From positions 344,720,001-344,784,000 of the forward strand of contig OZ024743.1 in the NCBI GenBank assembly GCA_964016885.1: a stretch of DNA of 64,000 nucleotides, in the 5' to 3' direction. Made by a program: the position numbers and the translations under genes. This stretch comes from Eledone cirrhosa (taxonomy: Eukaryota). The notes below the pieces were generated by a model, which worked only from the letters and a program-made list of their open reading frames with translations, had not been told where the DNA came from and did not search any database. Shown one piece after another: positions 29,083-41,259 of the stretch; the stretch's first letter is position 1; each line of letters opens with the position of its first letter.

Positions 29083-32000
29083 TAATATGAAAAGAACAAC
29101 ATACACAAAAGTTAACGAACTTTACAGACAGAACCGCATTAACGGTAAGGATGTCCGAAATCTCACCACACCAAACGAGAGGGATGAATAAGAAAAAACT
29201 AGAAGAAAGAAAAATATTCACAAAAATACCCAGATAACATCAACAATATCTGTATGACTGATGTAGAACTACTGGTAGAATTTACCAATGACCACACAGT
29301 AAATATTTATGGGAACACTTTAATCAGTGAACAAGAACAACAAATCCTGCAGCTACCACCACATCTACAAAAAGTGTAACCCTATTGAGTGCAAAACGGA
29401 GCTGGAAAAGTGTTTCACAAAAATACGTTGGAATGCAAAAGTAAACAACAACAACAACTATACGGACAACAACAACAATAATAACTGTAGTAGTAATATA
29501 AACAATAACTCTGAGTATAGAAATAACAGCTATAATAGTAATAGTCATAACAATAACAATAGCTGGAGAGGGACAAATAGTAATAATGGTAATAATATTA
29601 ACGATAGACAGAACAACAACAACCACAATAATAATAATAATAGAAACATTAACTACAAACACAGCAGCAGCGACCACGGTAGTAATAAAGGTAACAATAC
29701 GAATAACAACAACAACAACAACCACAGTAGTAATAATAGAAATAATATATGTAGTAACATTAAAGATAGACACAACAAAAACAAGAAACATAATAAAAGT
29801 AACAACCACAATGGTAGAAATAACAGTAACAACAACAATAACGGTGGAGAAAACAACAACAATACATCTAACAATCACAGCAACAATACATCTAGCAATT
29901 ATAACAATAATAATAATGTTAATGATAAGAACAACAACAACCACCATAATAACAATAATAGCAACACACACAACTATGACGATAGATATAATTACAACCC
30001 CTTAGAGAAACTATTCTTCAACCCAGCTGACAAAACATATAAGATGGGTAATATCTATCCTACGAGGTTACCCTTTAATAAAAGAGTTTGCATACCACAA
30101 CAAATAGATGATGAGACAGAGGCACAGTTCACCATAGTTAGAAATAAGATTAGACAAATAGTAGACCGGTATACTAAGAGAAAGAGCAGACCAGAAGTCC
30201 AACAACTTGGGAGGAAACCTCTAGAAGGCTAGGTTAGCCTCAAGCAGCGCACAAGGCATAGTGAGGTAGTATGACTACCCACGGATAAGTCTGGTAGGAT
30301 GTCAATAGACAGCATGCCGAACTACATCAATGCTATGCAACCCCACCTCGCCAACACGAGCGAAATTGCACAGCAAATACATGATGGGAGAGAGAAAATC
30401 CTCAACGCTCACATGATGATGTGGACCGACATCCTAAAGCCAAGCAGACGCACTGCCAACAACTTCCAGGCGTCCAACAATGGCATACCACCCTTGTATG
30501 GGCTCCGCAAAGACCACAAGACAGTCGACGACCCGACAACAGGACCACCAACAAGACCTGTATGCGGAGCAAATATAGCTAGCAACTACAGGATCTCCTA
30601 CTTCCTCTCAATGGTTATACGCCCTATAATCAAGATGTCCCCAGATGTATGTGACAGTACAGAGGACCTCCTCAGCAGAATCAGTGAGTGCAACAAAATA
30701 GGAACCTATCTAACTGCATAATAGGCAGTATGGATGTGGTATCACTGTACCCATCCATTAACATTGATTTTGCTGTGGAAAAATGTGTGGAGATGATCAT
30801 TGAGAGTGAGGTGGAGTTCTGCGACGTCGACACAGACGAACTGGGCCTCCTACTTAGACTTACCTACGACACTGACTACCTAGACAGCCAAGACCTTAGA
30901 CGTTTCTGCCCCAGTAGACCCAGAAGAGGTAGACCCCCCCACCATAACCTCAATGGCAAAAAAGACTCCCATGGGAAGGGGGATTGGGTGGACCAAAGCT
31001 ATACGGACCCCCAAAAACAATGATTAGGTAAGAAAAATGGTCGCACATGCAATAGGGGCTAGTATCAAAACTACCCTAAAGGGCCACATATTCAAGTTCA
31101 ACGAGAAGATCTACACCCAAAATGAGGGAGCAGCCATTGGCGTCAGTATAGCTGGTGACATTGCCAACCTTTTTATGGTATGGTGGGAAAGGAGACTCAA
31201 AGATCTCCTTGATGAGAGCTCCATAGACCTCATCATGTACTCTCATTACGTAGACAACATCAATATAGTAATAAGAACATCCCCACAAGAGAGCACTAAC
31301 AAGTTTGATTTAGAACGTAGCACAATGGAAAGCATCCAGCAGATAGCTAATTCCATACACCAGAGTATAACTATCAACTACCCTTCCAAACACCCTAACA
31401 ATAGACTACCTGTATTAGACATGGAACTCTGGATTAACACTATAGACGAGAGAGCCCAAATTCTCCACTCACACTATGCTAAACCCATGGCCTCCAAATA
31501 TCTGATACTCAAAAACTCAGCAATGTCCAGTAGTGATAAGTTTAATATTCTGATCGCAGACTTGATACGAGTGATGAAGAACGTGTCTCGCATGTGCGAC
31601 CCAACAGAAATGGAAAGACACATCCAACACTTCACCAACCGCATGCAGTTCTCTGGCTACAACCAAAGAGACAGAATCAGAGTATACGAAGGAGCCACGG
31701 AGAAGTATAAGTTCCTCATAGAACTGGACATGAAAGGAATTTGCCCACTATACAGGAGCAAATCATGGAATAGCTTAGATAGGACTAGACATAAGACAGA
31801 GAAAGCCACCTCATGGTACGACAACCAGAGATACCAGAGTGTCATGTTTGTGGACGCTACCCCTGGAGGGAAATTAGCTAACCAGTGTAGAAAGGCCCCG
31901 AGAAAGACCCACTTAAAGATTAAGGTGGTAGAAAAGCCAGGAACCACCATAAAATCCCTGATTAGCAAAACCTACCCTTTTAAGAAAACCCACTGTACTA

Positions 32001-32392
32001 ATAGGAAATGTATCATATGTAGAGTAAATCCCCGGATAAACTGTAAAACTAGAAACGTAGTCTATAGCATAAGATGTACAGAGGGTACTTGCAGAAACAT
32101 GACAACAACATACATAGGCGAGACAGCTCGTAGCATAGGTGAAAGAATAGACCAACACCGGGGGGAACTAAAAGGTCGAAAAAACGGTTCAGTACTATAC
32201 GAACATGCCAGACAACAACACAACGGTAACATAGACAACATAGAAGTTAGAATAATATCTAAACATAGAAATGACCTAGCAGATAGGCAAATCAGAGAGG
32301 CCAGCGAAATAGAACTTAGAAGGCCAAGGCTAAACAGAAAAAATGAATGGAATAACAACACCCAAACAAACAACACTGACCTAAGAGAAGTA

Positions 32393-32431
<39 letters not shown>

Positions 32432-32953
32432 ATACACATCCACAAACACAATAAGAACAAACACATATAAACACACACTAGTAAACTAAGATAGAATACA
32501 TTAACCAATACACAGTCACCCAAACAAGAACACACATCAAACAAAACACTATACACACACGCAAACGCATGCGCAGAGAAGACAACAATAAACAAATAAA
32601 TAAATAAATAAATAGACTAAATATAGATGGCGTAATCACACAATGCAACGGTAGGAAACACACAAGCACCACTGACGGTGTTGCAGATGTGCAACGAAAG
32701 AACTTTGATAGACTATATATATGTGTTTGTGTCTATATTGTATCTGTATTTTTGACCGTTCATCAGTCAATGGCAACATTGAGGACCGAATAAATTAAAT
32801 TAACCGATATAAAAGACACAGAAGTGAAAACCAACCAAACAGTGAGTGTGTTCTGTTATTAATTCTGGCAATATTATTACACAAATATGACCCTCCCCAA
32901 GTATAACAATATTTGTTTCGACACAGGATTTCATATCAAAAACATCGCAAAAC
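29083..32953 (+). mobile_element. PLE3 main arm: Penelope-like element of a non-Naiad lineage, RT + GIY-YIG pseudogene
   Basis: TDKSGR, PPLYGLRKDHK, PTRPVCGA, SMDVVSLYPSI, QNEGAAIGVS, YVDNI, LPVLDMELW, HYAKPMAS, NVVYSIRC...YIGETARS. Several frameshifts and stops. HHR-like motif at 32667-32711 (CTGACGG). Confidence 0.92.
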
Positions 32954-32973
32954 TATATATATATATATATGAC

Positions 32974-33010
<37 letters not shown>

Positions 33011-33019
33011 CGGAATAAC

Positions 33020-33107
<88 letters not shown>

Positions 33108-33111
<4 letters not shown>

Positions 33112-33222
33112 GTTCCGGGTTGAATCGGAGGTAACCACAGTAAGTAAGGTACTCAATACATAGCAGAGTATAACAGTTTTAATATAGATGAGATTCTGTA
33201 GAATCTCATCTATATTAAACCT
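33108..33222 (-). mobile_element. Tiny fold-back PLE tail remnant
   Basis: Tail with ATTGAGTACC motif plus a hairpin (aatatagatgagattct..agaatctcatctatatt), flanked by (TA)n. Confidence 0.5.
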
Positions 33223-33290
33223 ATATATATATATATATAATAATAATAAAATGTTGAGAGGAGGCACACGAGTTAGGATATATATATATA

Positions 33291-35449
33291 TGAAAACAGG
33301 GAGAAAGAGACGATTATGAGGAAGAAAAAAATATTTTTTTCCATTTTTGTTTGTCTCTCTCTCTCTTTTTTTTCTGGGTTAGAAAATGATTAAAACGAAA
33401 TGTTTTACTTTGTGTGAAGTGTTAAGGTATTAGTTGATTTATTTATTATTTAACAATTTGCATTTATTTATCTATTTATATATTTAATTATTGTCTATTA
33501 CCGGTTTCAGCATTTTTATGCATTATCAAATGATAGTGAAATGTATTGGTGTGGTGTCGCACGTGTTAAACAGAAGGTGCATAAATAATAATGTTATATA
33601 CAAACAAGGTTTATGAAGTGAAAAGAAAAAAGAAAAAGGAAAAAACAACGTGCATAATGTGGAACGTAAAAAGTCAATGTTGAAGAAAAGATAATTTTAT
33701 TTACAAGTACAGTCATTGAAGTTAAGCAGTTCAAAATGTGTTAATATCGCAAGAGTGTTTAGTTGAATCATGGTTCCGTGAAGGAGGCAAATGGTGGACT
33801 GTGGTTTGATATGATTTCCCTTTTTAGAGAGTTAATATGCAGGGGGAAGTAATTCTTGCTGGGTGATATTTAATTAATTTAAGAAAAAGGATTAGGTATG
33901 GTGTGAGGGAGGTAACTCTTGTAAATGTTTGATGGTTTGTTGCAGTATTAGAAAGGTGCGAATTTCAGGGCATTAAGTACTGGCTGAAATTTATTAATGA
34001 AATGTGTTTCCTTATTGGTGCGTTGGATGAAAGTAGCGTTGTCTATGAATTTACCCACCATCCCTAATCACCAATGGATTCCAACGTGCCCTAAAACTAA
34101 ACATCCAGGAGTGAACCGCAACAAAAAACTCTACCATACATCTACCAAACCCAGGACTGAACCGCAACAAAGATCTCTACCATACATCTCCACACACAAC
34201 CCCCTCAACAATGAGACATTCGATACCATCCTCGAGAACATTCCTCTACTAAAAAGAAACCCAAGAATGAACAATATCCTCCAAACACACAACATCATAA
34301 AGAGCAAAAGACAACCCAAATCCATAAAAAACATCCTCACACAAGCCAAAATCCAACAAACCTTCACAATAAACCCTACAGTAACAAAATGCGGAAGGCC
34401 CAACTGTGGCATATGCATAAATCTAATAGAAGGTTCAACATTCCATTTTAAACAAGGACAGCGTTTCACAGTTAAACACAACTTTACATGTGCATCTGAA
34501 AACCTTATCTATGTTTTGAATTGCTCAGGTTGTCTAGAGCACTATATAGGACAGACAAAAAACAGCCTCCGTCAACGTATGACCGTCCATAAATCACAAA
34601 TTAAAATACAGGAATACAGAAAGATTGCATTTAGTGAACCTATCACCAATTGTGCTCTCAACCAACTTCCAAACTTTAAAATTTTCCCCATTTACAAATT
34701 CATAGACAACGCTACTTTCGACCAACGTACCAATAAGGAAACACATTTCATTAATAAATTTCAGCCAGTACTCAATGCCCTGAAATTCGCACCTCCTAAT
34801 ACTGCAACAAACCATCAAACATTTACAAGAGTTACCTCCCTTACACCATACCCAATCCTTTTTCTTAAATTAATTAAATATCACCCAGCAAGAATTGCTT
34901 CCCCCTGCATATTAACTATCTAAAAAGGGAAATCATATCAAACCACAGTCCACCATTTGCCTCCTTCACGGAACCATGATTCAACTAAACATTCTTGCGA
35001 TATTAACACATTTTGAACTGCTTAACTTCAATGACTGTACTTGTAAATAAAATTAACTTTTCTTCAACATTGACTTTTTACGTTCCACATTATGCACGTT
35101 TTTTTTTCCTTTTTCTTTTTTCTTTTCACTTCTTAAACCTTGTTTGTATATAACATTATTCTTTCTGCACCTTCTGTTTAACATGTGCGACACCACACTA
35201 ATACATTTCACTATCATTTGATAATGCATATAAATGCAGAAACCGGTAATAGACAATAATTAAATATATAAATAGATAAATAAATGCCATTGTTAAATAA
35301 TAAATAAATCAACTAATACCTTAACACTTCACACAAAGTAAAACATTTCGTTTTAATCATTTTCTAACCCAGAAAAAAGAGAGAGAGAGAGACAAAAAAG
35401 AGGAAAAAAAAAATTTTTTTCTTCCTCATAATCGTCTCTTTCTTCCTAT

Positions 35450-35454
<5 letters not shown>
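33291..35454 (+). mobile_element. PLE4: Neptune-type Penelope-like fragment with inverted arm
   Basis: Main arm from about 34050: CGRPNCGIC, FTCASENLIYVLNCSGCLEHYIGQT, KETHFINKFQPVLN. Inverted arm 33291-34052. Degenerate HHRs at 33495-33536 (-) and 35211-35252 (+). Confidence 0.88.
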
Positions 35455-35498
<44 letters not shown>

Positions 35499-35615
35499 TA
35501 TATATATATTGAAAAATGTGTGAGATCATTGGTACAGTTAGGTATATTTGAAAAAAAGGAAAAGAATGACTTCACTTGTAGTTCTAAATAATTTGATTTA
35601 ATTTTATATTATAAT

Positions 35616-35797
35616 ATTTGTTTCTACTTTAGGCACAAGGCCAGCAAATACCCAGCACATTACTGGTACTTTATTTTATCGACCCCGTAAGGATGAAAGG
35701 CAAAGTTAACGTCGGCGGGATTTGAACTCAGATCATAAATGGACGTAACTCTATGCTAGAAAGCATGGCGTCCAACCCTCTACCGATACTGCCAATC
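35616..35797 (-). mobile_element. MetaSINE-like copy
   Basis: Matches the family consensus. Confidence 0.85.
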
Positions 35798-36522
35798 AAG
35801 GTTGTGTTGTGATGTGTGACTATATATAAGAGAGATTTGGATGTGCCTGGGATGTGGTGTTAATGAGTGTGGGAGTGAAGGAGTGTTGATGAATATTTAA
35901 AGGAATTAAAGCATACACACACTCGCACACAGATACATACATATATACACACAGAAAAGGTTGACAGCAAGATAAGGGTATTTAAGAAAGTTGCTGCAAA
36001 AATCCCCTCCTGCTTGTTTTATTTCAATAGATGACCTTTAATGAATAATGTGGCAGGATGTTTTTCAAATTCGTTTCTTATAGCTGAATCAACTCTCTTA
36101 AATTTATAAAGAATGTCTTCTACAAATGTCTATATCAAAGATGAATTTAGGTGTGTGTCTGGTGGTAGTGGTGGGTTTTAATGAGGTGTAAGATACATGT
36201 CTTTTGATAAGAATGAGATGACAGTAAAAAGAAAAAAAGGAGGATAATTTTGGAATATTTGTCAGAAATGTGTTGTTGATATTGATTTGGGAGAGGAAGT
36301 GGGGGGGGGGGATCTTAACTCAATTATTCACTTCCTTATATGTAAATATATTTACAGTCCATATATATTACATACATACACACACACACATACACACATA
36401 TACACACATATATATACACACATAAACACATATACACACACGCATATATATATATACACATATATACACACACATGCATACGCATATATATACACCTACA
36501 TATATATATACACCTACACACA

Positions 36523-36558
<36 letters not shown>

Positions 36559-36633
36559 ATTGAGATGAGCTGAACAAGTAAATTTTAAACATTCTTTTAA
36601 AATAAATTAAAATACAATTCACCTATCCAAATT

Positions 36634-36712
36634 GCTTTTACCGACGGTTTCGCCTCACAAAATATTGGGGGTCCAAAGGAATTCCAATGGAAAGATCGGC
36701 TCTTCAGAAAGC
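36634..36712 (-). ncRNA. Type I hammerhead ribozyme with long stem II loop
   Basis: GCTTT-CTGAAGA-GCC...GGC-GAAAC-CGTCG-GTA-AAAGC; tail runs into (TA)n at about 36555. Confidence 0.8.
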
Positions 36713-37480
36713 TATTTCCATTGCATAGGATTTAAAATCCCATAGCAAGCAAATACACCGCTAACTGCCAGCTAGTGAAAGATCGAGTGGGCCGTTAAAA
36801 ATTGACCTACACGTGAACTGGACGTCTATATTTTTGCTATTTAGAATACATTGTGTAATATGGCACCACTGGCAGCATTCACTGACCTTGATGTATTCAG
36901 TAGTCACAAATCTCTTTATTGGTGGGCAGCTGATAATGAAGAGGTCATATAAAAGCATTTTCGAATAAGCCTGTATGAAGGTTTTGTAAAATATTTCGAA
37001 AATGTGTTTTGTTAAATATGATAGAGGTTCAACTATGTATGGTTTAAAAACAATGGGTGGGACCAAATCTTGTAATACTCTTCTTATAAATACAGATTAA
37101 ATACGTTTTCTTATATGAATTTAGTTAGTATTGGTGAACCAACTGATTGTTACTGATGTTACTGATTATGTTATGCTTTTTTTTAATACGTAATGTGGCA
37201 TTTACCAAAATTAGTAGATGTTAGTAGATATTGCAGTAACATTTTTTCTGTCATTCAAAACAATACATTGGTTTCAGTTTATGAATGTGAAACTATCACT
37301 AAAATACCGATCAACCTATTTAGTAATATCCAAATATCAAACAGCAACTGAGGTCAAGCTTCATAACAACACAACTCTAGACAACATAACTTACTAAAAC
37401 ATTATCTCAAAGAAGGCAGCACAACTATAAGACACACATTCAATCTAGATATTCACATTTACATTACACATTAAAAAAAA

Positions 37481-37866
37481 AATTGTTTCTACTTTTGGCA
37501 TAAGGCCAGCAATTATCCCAGTGTATTACTGGTACTTTATTTAATCGACCCTGTAAGGATGAAAGGCAAAGTTAACCTCGGCGGGATTTGAACTCAGAAT
37601 GGCAAGGGCCGTAACTCTATGCTTGGCGTCCGACCCTAAAATAATGCGCTCAAATTTATCACGAGAGAATTATGAATATAAAATATATAACGTCAAACCT
37701 AGGGTCAGACGCCATGCTTTCCAGCATAGAGTTACGGCCCTTTACATTCAGAGGTCAAATCCTGCCGAGGTTAACTTTGCCTTTCATCCTTACGGGTCGA
37801 TAAAATAACGTACCAGTAATACACTGGGTTAATTGCTGGCCTTGTGCCAAAAGTAGAAACAATTAT
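37481..37866. mobile_element. Two MetaSINE-like copies head-to-head
   Basis: Minus copy 37481-37637, plus copy 37701-37866, both truncated at the same agggtc(g/a)gacgcc point. Confidence 0.8.
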
Positions 37867-37999
37867 TCGAATCAGCTACATTTTTAAGTATTCATAACAT
37901 TTGAACGTAGAAAAGAGAGTAGTATGTAGTTAATGTGGTGTGGTAAATAAACATATACATATATACCAGGTTCGAACACAAAAGAACCAAACTCCCACT

Positions 38000-38280
38000 A
38001 TCACTGCCCCCCTCTGTCCCGCTCTTCCCATCTTTTCACTATTGTGAGCAAATTGGGGTCCACGTGCTGGCTGCCCAGCGGCCCCGGTGAACAGAATAGA
38101 GAAGGCGTTTCACCGGAGGATGGGGAGGTGGTTCTAGAGCCAAGGACACCAGAAGTCTCCACTGCTACGGGCTCGACCGCAAACCTGTCGGAGAGCGACC
38201 GATATTTAGAAAGTTTACTCTCCTCAACTCGAAGTACTGCAGAGTCTGGGTTAGTCGTAGACTGCACCAGGTTGCCGCTG
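38000..38280 (-). pseudogene. 3' fragment of a restriction-like-endonuclease non-LTR element (CRE-like)
   Basis: EESKLSKYRSLSDRFAVEPVAVETSGVLG then ILR*NAFSIL, resembling E..K..KY...PvAvEt.G and QRGNA motifs. Confidence 0.6.
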
Positions 38281-38662
38281 TATTACTATAATTATAAATA
38301 TTTTTGATCACACATCCTGTGACCCTCTCAATGATTGTTTTTGCTCCTCTTTTTTCTGCTCTTGTCTTGACAAAATGGAGTAGGGAAAACAAGAATACAT
38401 ATTTTATTTTAAATCTAACTGAAGATGCACCCCACTAACTTATAACTTCCCTTACACAACATCACAACATATTAATGAAAAATCAAAACAAAATAAAACA
38501 AACTTATCCTCGTCATTATCAAACTATGTATAATTGATTTCATCTGCTAACGTGGATACAAACCAGAACGGTATGCTTTAATTTATGGTAAATTGTCTAA
38601 TATTTACATAATATTGTAAGAATATTTAAGATGTAAAAATAACAAATGATTCAAAATTTTAG

Positions 38663-38762
38663 AACCTAGAGTGCCAGAAGACTGCTTAAGTAAGGATTAC
38701 CCATTTTGCCCGCAAGCCGAGCACATGTATCCTTTAAGAAAACCAGATCATAATTATTGCAG
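38663..38762 (+). CDS. Host gene exon 4: N-half of module 2 (EPRVPEDCLSKDYPFCPQAEHMYPLRKPDHNYC)
   Basis: Acceptor aattttag|, donor CAG|gtacat, 100 nt. Same length, phases and Cys spacing as exon 2. Confidence 0.88.
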
Positions 38763-38774
38763 GTACATGTACAA

Positions 38775-40197
38775 TTCTTCTTCTTCTTCTTCTTCTTCTT
38801 CTTCTTCTTCTTCTTCTTGGCCGACCAGTGGTGCCTTCCATTGCTGGCGGTCCCGTGCCACCCTTTCTGCATCCTCCAAGGTGAGGTTGACCCTCTGGAG
38901 ATCTTCCTTGTTGACATCCAGCCATTAGGTGCGGGGCTTGCCGTCGGGCGTTTTCCAACCTGTAGTTACGGTTTCAAACGAGAGTAAGGCCCTAGTAGGA
39001 TGATGTAGCGACAAGCAGAGAACATGTCCGTACCAGCGTATGAGGCGGACAGCTATGAGGCGGGAAGCTGAGGGCTGATGTGCATGGGCACGAAATCCTT
39101 TGTTGGAAATATAGTAACATCTGATGTACTCGATTGTTCTCAGGGCTCGACTATCGAAGTCGTCTATTTTCTTTACCAAGGTCTTTGTGAGTGGCCCCTT
39201 TTCTACTCCATAGAGGAGAACGGAGAGGACAGACGCATTCTAGATACGGAGCTTTGTATTCCGGAAGATAGAGCAGTGGTGTCAAAGGGGCTTCCATAGG
39301 GATTACATGACCCCGGTGGCCAGACCATATTTGCAGTTGATCTCTGGGGCCAGGTCTCCATGGTTGTTGACTGTTGAACCCAGGTAAATGAAGGAACTGA
39401 CCAACTCCACGACGTCGGGGCCAATATGAAGCGGGGGAGGAACCGGGCCCTCACCGACATGCATCAGCTTCGTCTTCACCCAGCTCACCTAAAGACCAAG
39501 CTTTGCAGATTTCTCTCTGTATATGGTCAGTGTCTCACTGAGCTTATCAGTCGAGTTACTGAATCGGGTGGTGTCGTTCAAGTTTTCCAGGTCGGTAACA
39601 TGGTAGTTCCCGAGGGTAAGACCAGAGACTCGCTTACAGACCTTGGTCATCAGATAGTTGATGACAAAGCTGAAGAGGTCGAGAGTAGCAAGGCAGCTCT
39701 ATCTGACACCTCTGTCGACAGAGAAACAGTCGGAGTCCTTCCCGTTCACACGCACAAAACTCTCGTTGATGATAATTTTCCAGCCACCTGAAGGTCGGCA
39801 AAGGGGATCTCGCAGAACTCCCGAGATCTTTCAATAATACGACGAATGGCAGAAATGTGGTCGGTGTTAAATCAATTTGGCATGAATTCGACTTGTTGTG
39901 GGCGACGTCTGCTCCTAATGACGGGAAGAGCACGGCTGAGGAGGATCTTGATGAAAATCTTGCTTGCTTGGGGATGGAAAGGAGGGTGATATCCCTGTGA
40001 TTGCTGCAGACGAGTTTGTCGCCCTTCCGTTTTCAGAAGCGGAGAATGATGTCCCGGGTCCAATTATTTGGGAGCTGATCTGACACCTATACATGGTTGA
40101 TGATGTAGACGAAACACTGGATCAAGGGGCTCGGCTTTTTGATCCTAAAATCTCTCCCGGGTATTCGTGATGGCCTTGTTGCGTATCCGGTTGAGCA
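38775..40197 (-). pseudogene. 5'-truncated RTE-like LINE with (AAG)n tail
   Basis: KIFIKILL, SWVKTKLM, SSFIYLGSTV, RLIRWYGHV motifs; (TTC)n at 38775-38818. Confidence 0.8.
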
Positions 40198-40267
40198 ATA
40201 AATAATTCAAATATTGTCCGATATGTTCTATTTGTCTAAATTGTTCTCCTATTTTTTAATCTTACAG

Positions 40268-40359
40268 ACGCCTGCTTGTATATAAAAAATGTGCCAAAAG
40301 AAGTGAAGGGAAAGTGTGCAATTTGCATTTCAAAACGATCTTTTCCACTGAATGTATTA
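40268..40359 (+). CDS. Host gene exon 5: C-half of module 2 (RRLLVYKKCAKRSEGKVCNLHFKTIFSTECI)
   Basis: Acceptor tttaatcttacag|, donor A|gtaagt, 92 nt, phase 2 to 1. Same Cys spacing as exon 3. Confidence 0.88.
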
Positions 40360-40769
40360 GTAAGTAGCTTTAATTAATTTGATGTTATTGATAGGAATGG
40401 TGTATCAACTAACAAAATTCAAAACGGAAATTATATTTGTCAAGTTACATTGTGAAACCATATTTCACCATGTTTCATTTTGTACTCAATTGAAGTTAAC
40501 GTTTGAAAATAGTCTTTGCAAGTATAATTTCATAATTACCTTGCATTGAGCGTTAATCTACATATGGTGTCATAGGATCACGGTTTTAAATACTGTACCC
40601 AAGTCATTTTCATCAGTTTTAGCTGTGTGCAGCTGTCCATTTCCAGTTGTTGTTCATCTCTATTGTGCTGTGCGCTTCCCCTTCTCTTCTTCACCAACAT
40701 TTTCTACATATGTTTATAATTAACTAGGCCTAATACACATTCAGATAAACAGTTAATTTAAAACATCAT

Positions 40770-40892
40770 TATTCTGAGTTCAAATCCCGCCGAGGTTAAC
40801 TTTGCCTTTCATCCTTACGGGGTCGATAAAATAAAGTACCAGTAATACACTGGGAAATTGCTGGCTTTGTGCCAAAAGTAGAAACAATTATT
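40770..40892 (+). mobile_element. 5'-truncated MetaSINE-like copy
   Basis: B-box through gtagaaacaattatt. Confidence 0.8.
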
Positions 40893-41259
40893 GAGTGAAC
40901 TTCCAATACATTCTATAGTTGTTTCTATTTCGGAGGGTGTGTGGTGTGTAACATCCCTTTAAATGCCACGGAAACGTTCCGGATCGTTATGTGGAAGGTC
41001 ATCTTCAGGGGCCAAGAGAAAGAACGAACAGTGATCTGAAGAAAGAGAAGAAGCTCGACAAGAATGAGTAAAGGAATTAGTAGTGGTAAGACAGTACGGT
41101 TTGGATGAAAAACAAGAGAAGAGTGCTGCTACACGAGAACAACAAATTAAGGAACAGCGGCAAATGAAATGAAATGCTGTTCAAGCTACAAGTAATACGA
41201 ACGGTCTGATGTGTGCTTTTTCTTATGAGTCCCCAAAAGACTACAGCAGCAATCCACAA

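Noticed and set aside
32750-32790. CTGATGA on the minus strand in the PLE3 tail
   Set aside because: No GAAA or stem II follows, and the motif is not conserved in the inverted arm.
40268-40359. Alternative reading of exon 5 (DACLYIKNVPKEVKGKCAICISK...) spliced directly to exon 3
   Set aside because: That frame is open, but the other frame reproduces the exon 3 Cys pattern and fits exon 6. Skipping exon 4 would shift exon 6 out of the GPI-signal frame.
40963-41010. Possible minus-strand hammerhead (CTGAAGA...GGAAC)
   Set aside because: GAAA is mutated, stem II is poor and there is no valid NUH site; at best a decayed relic.
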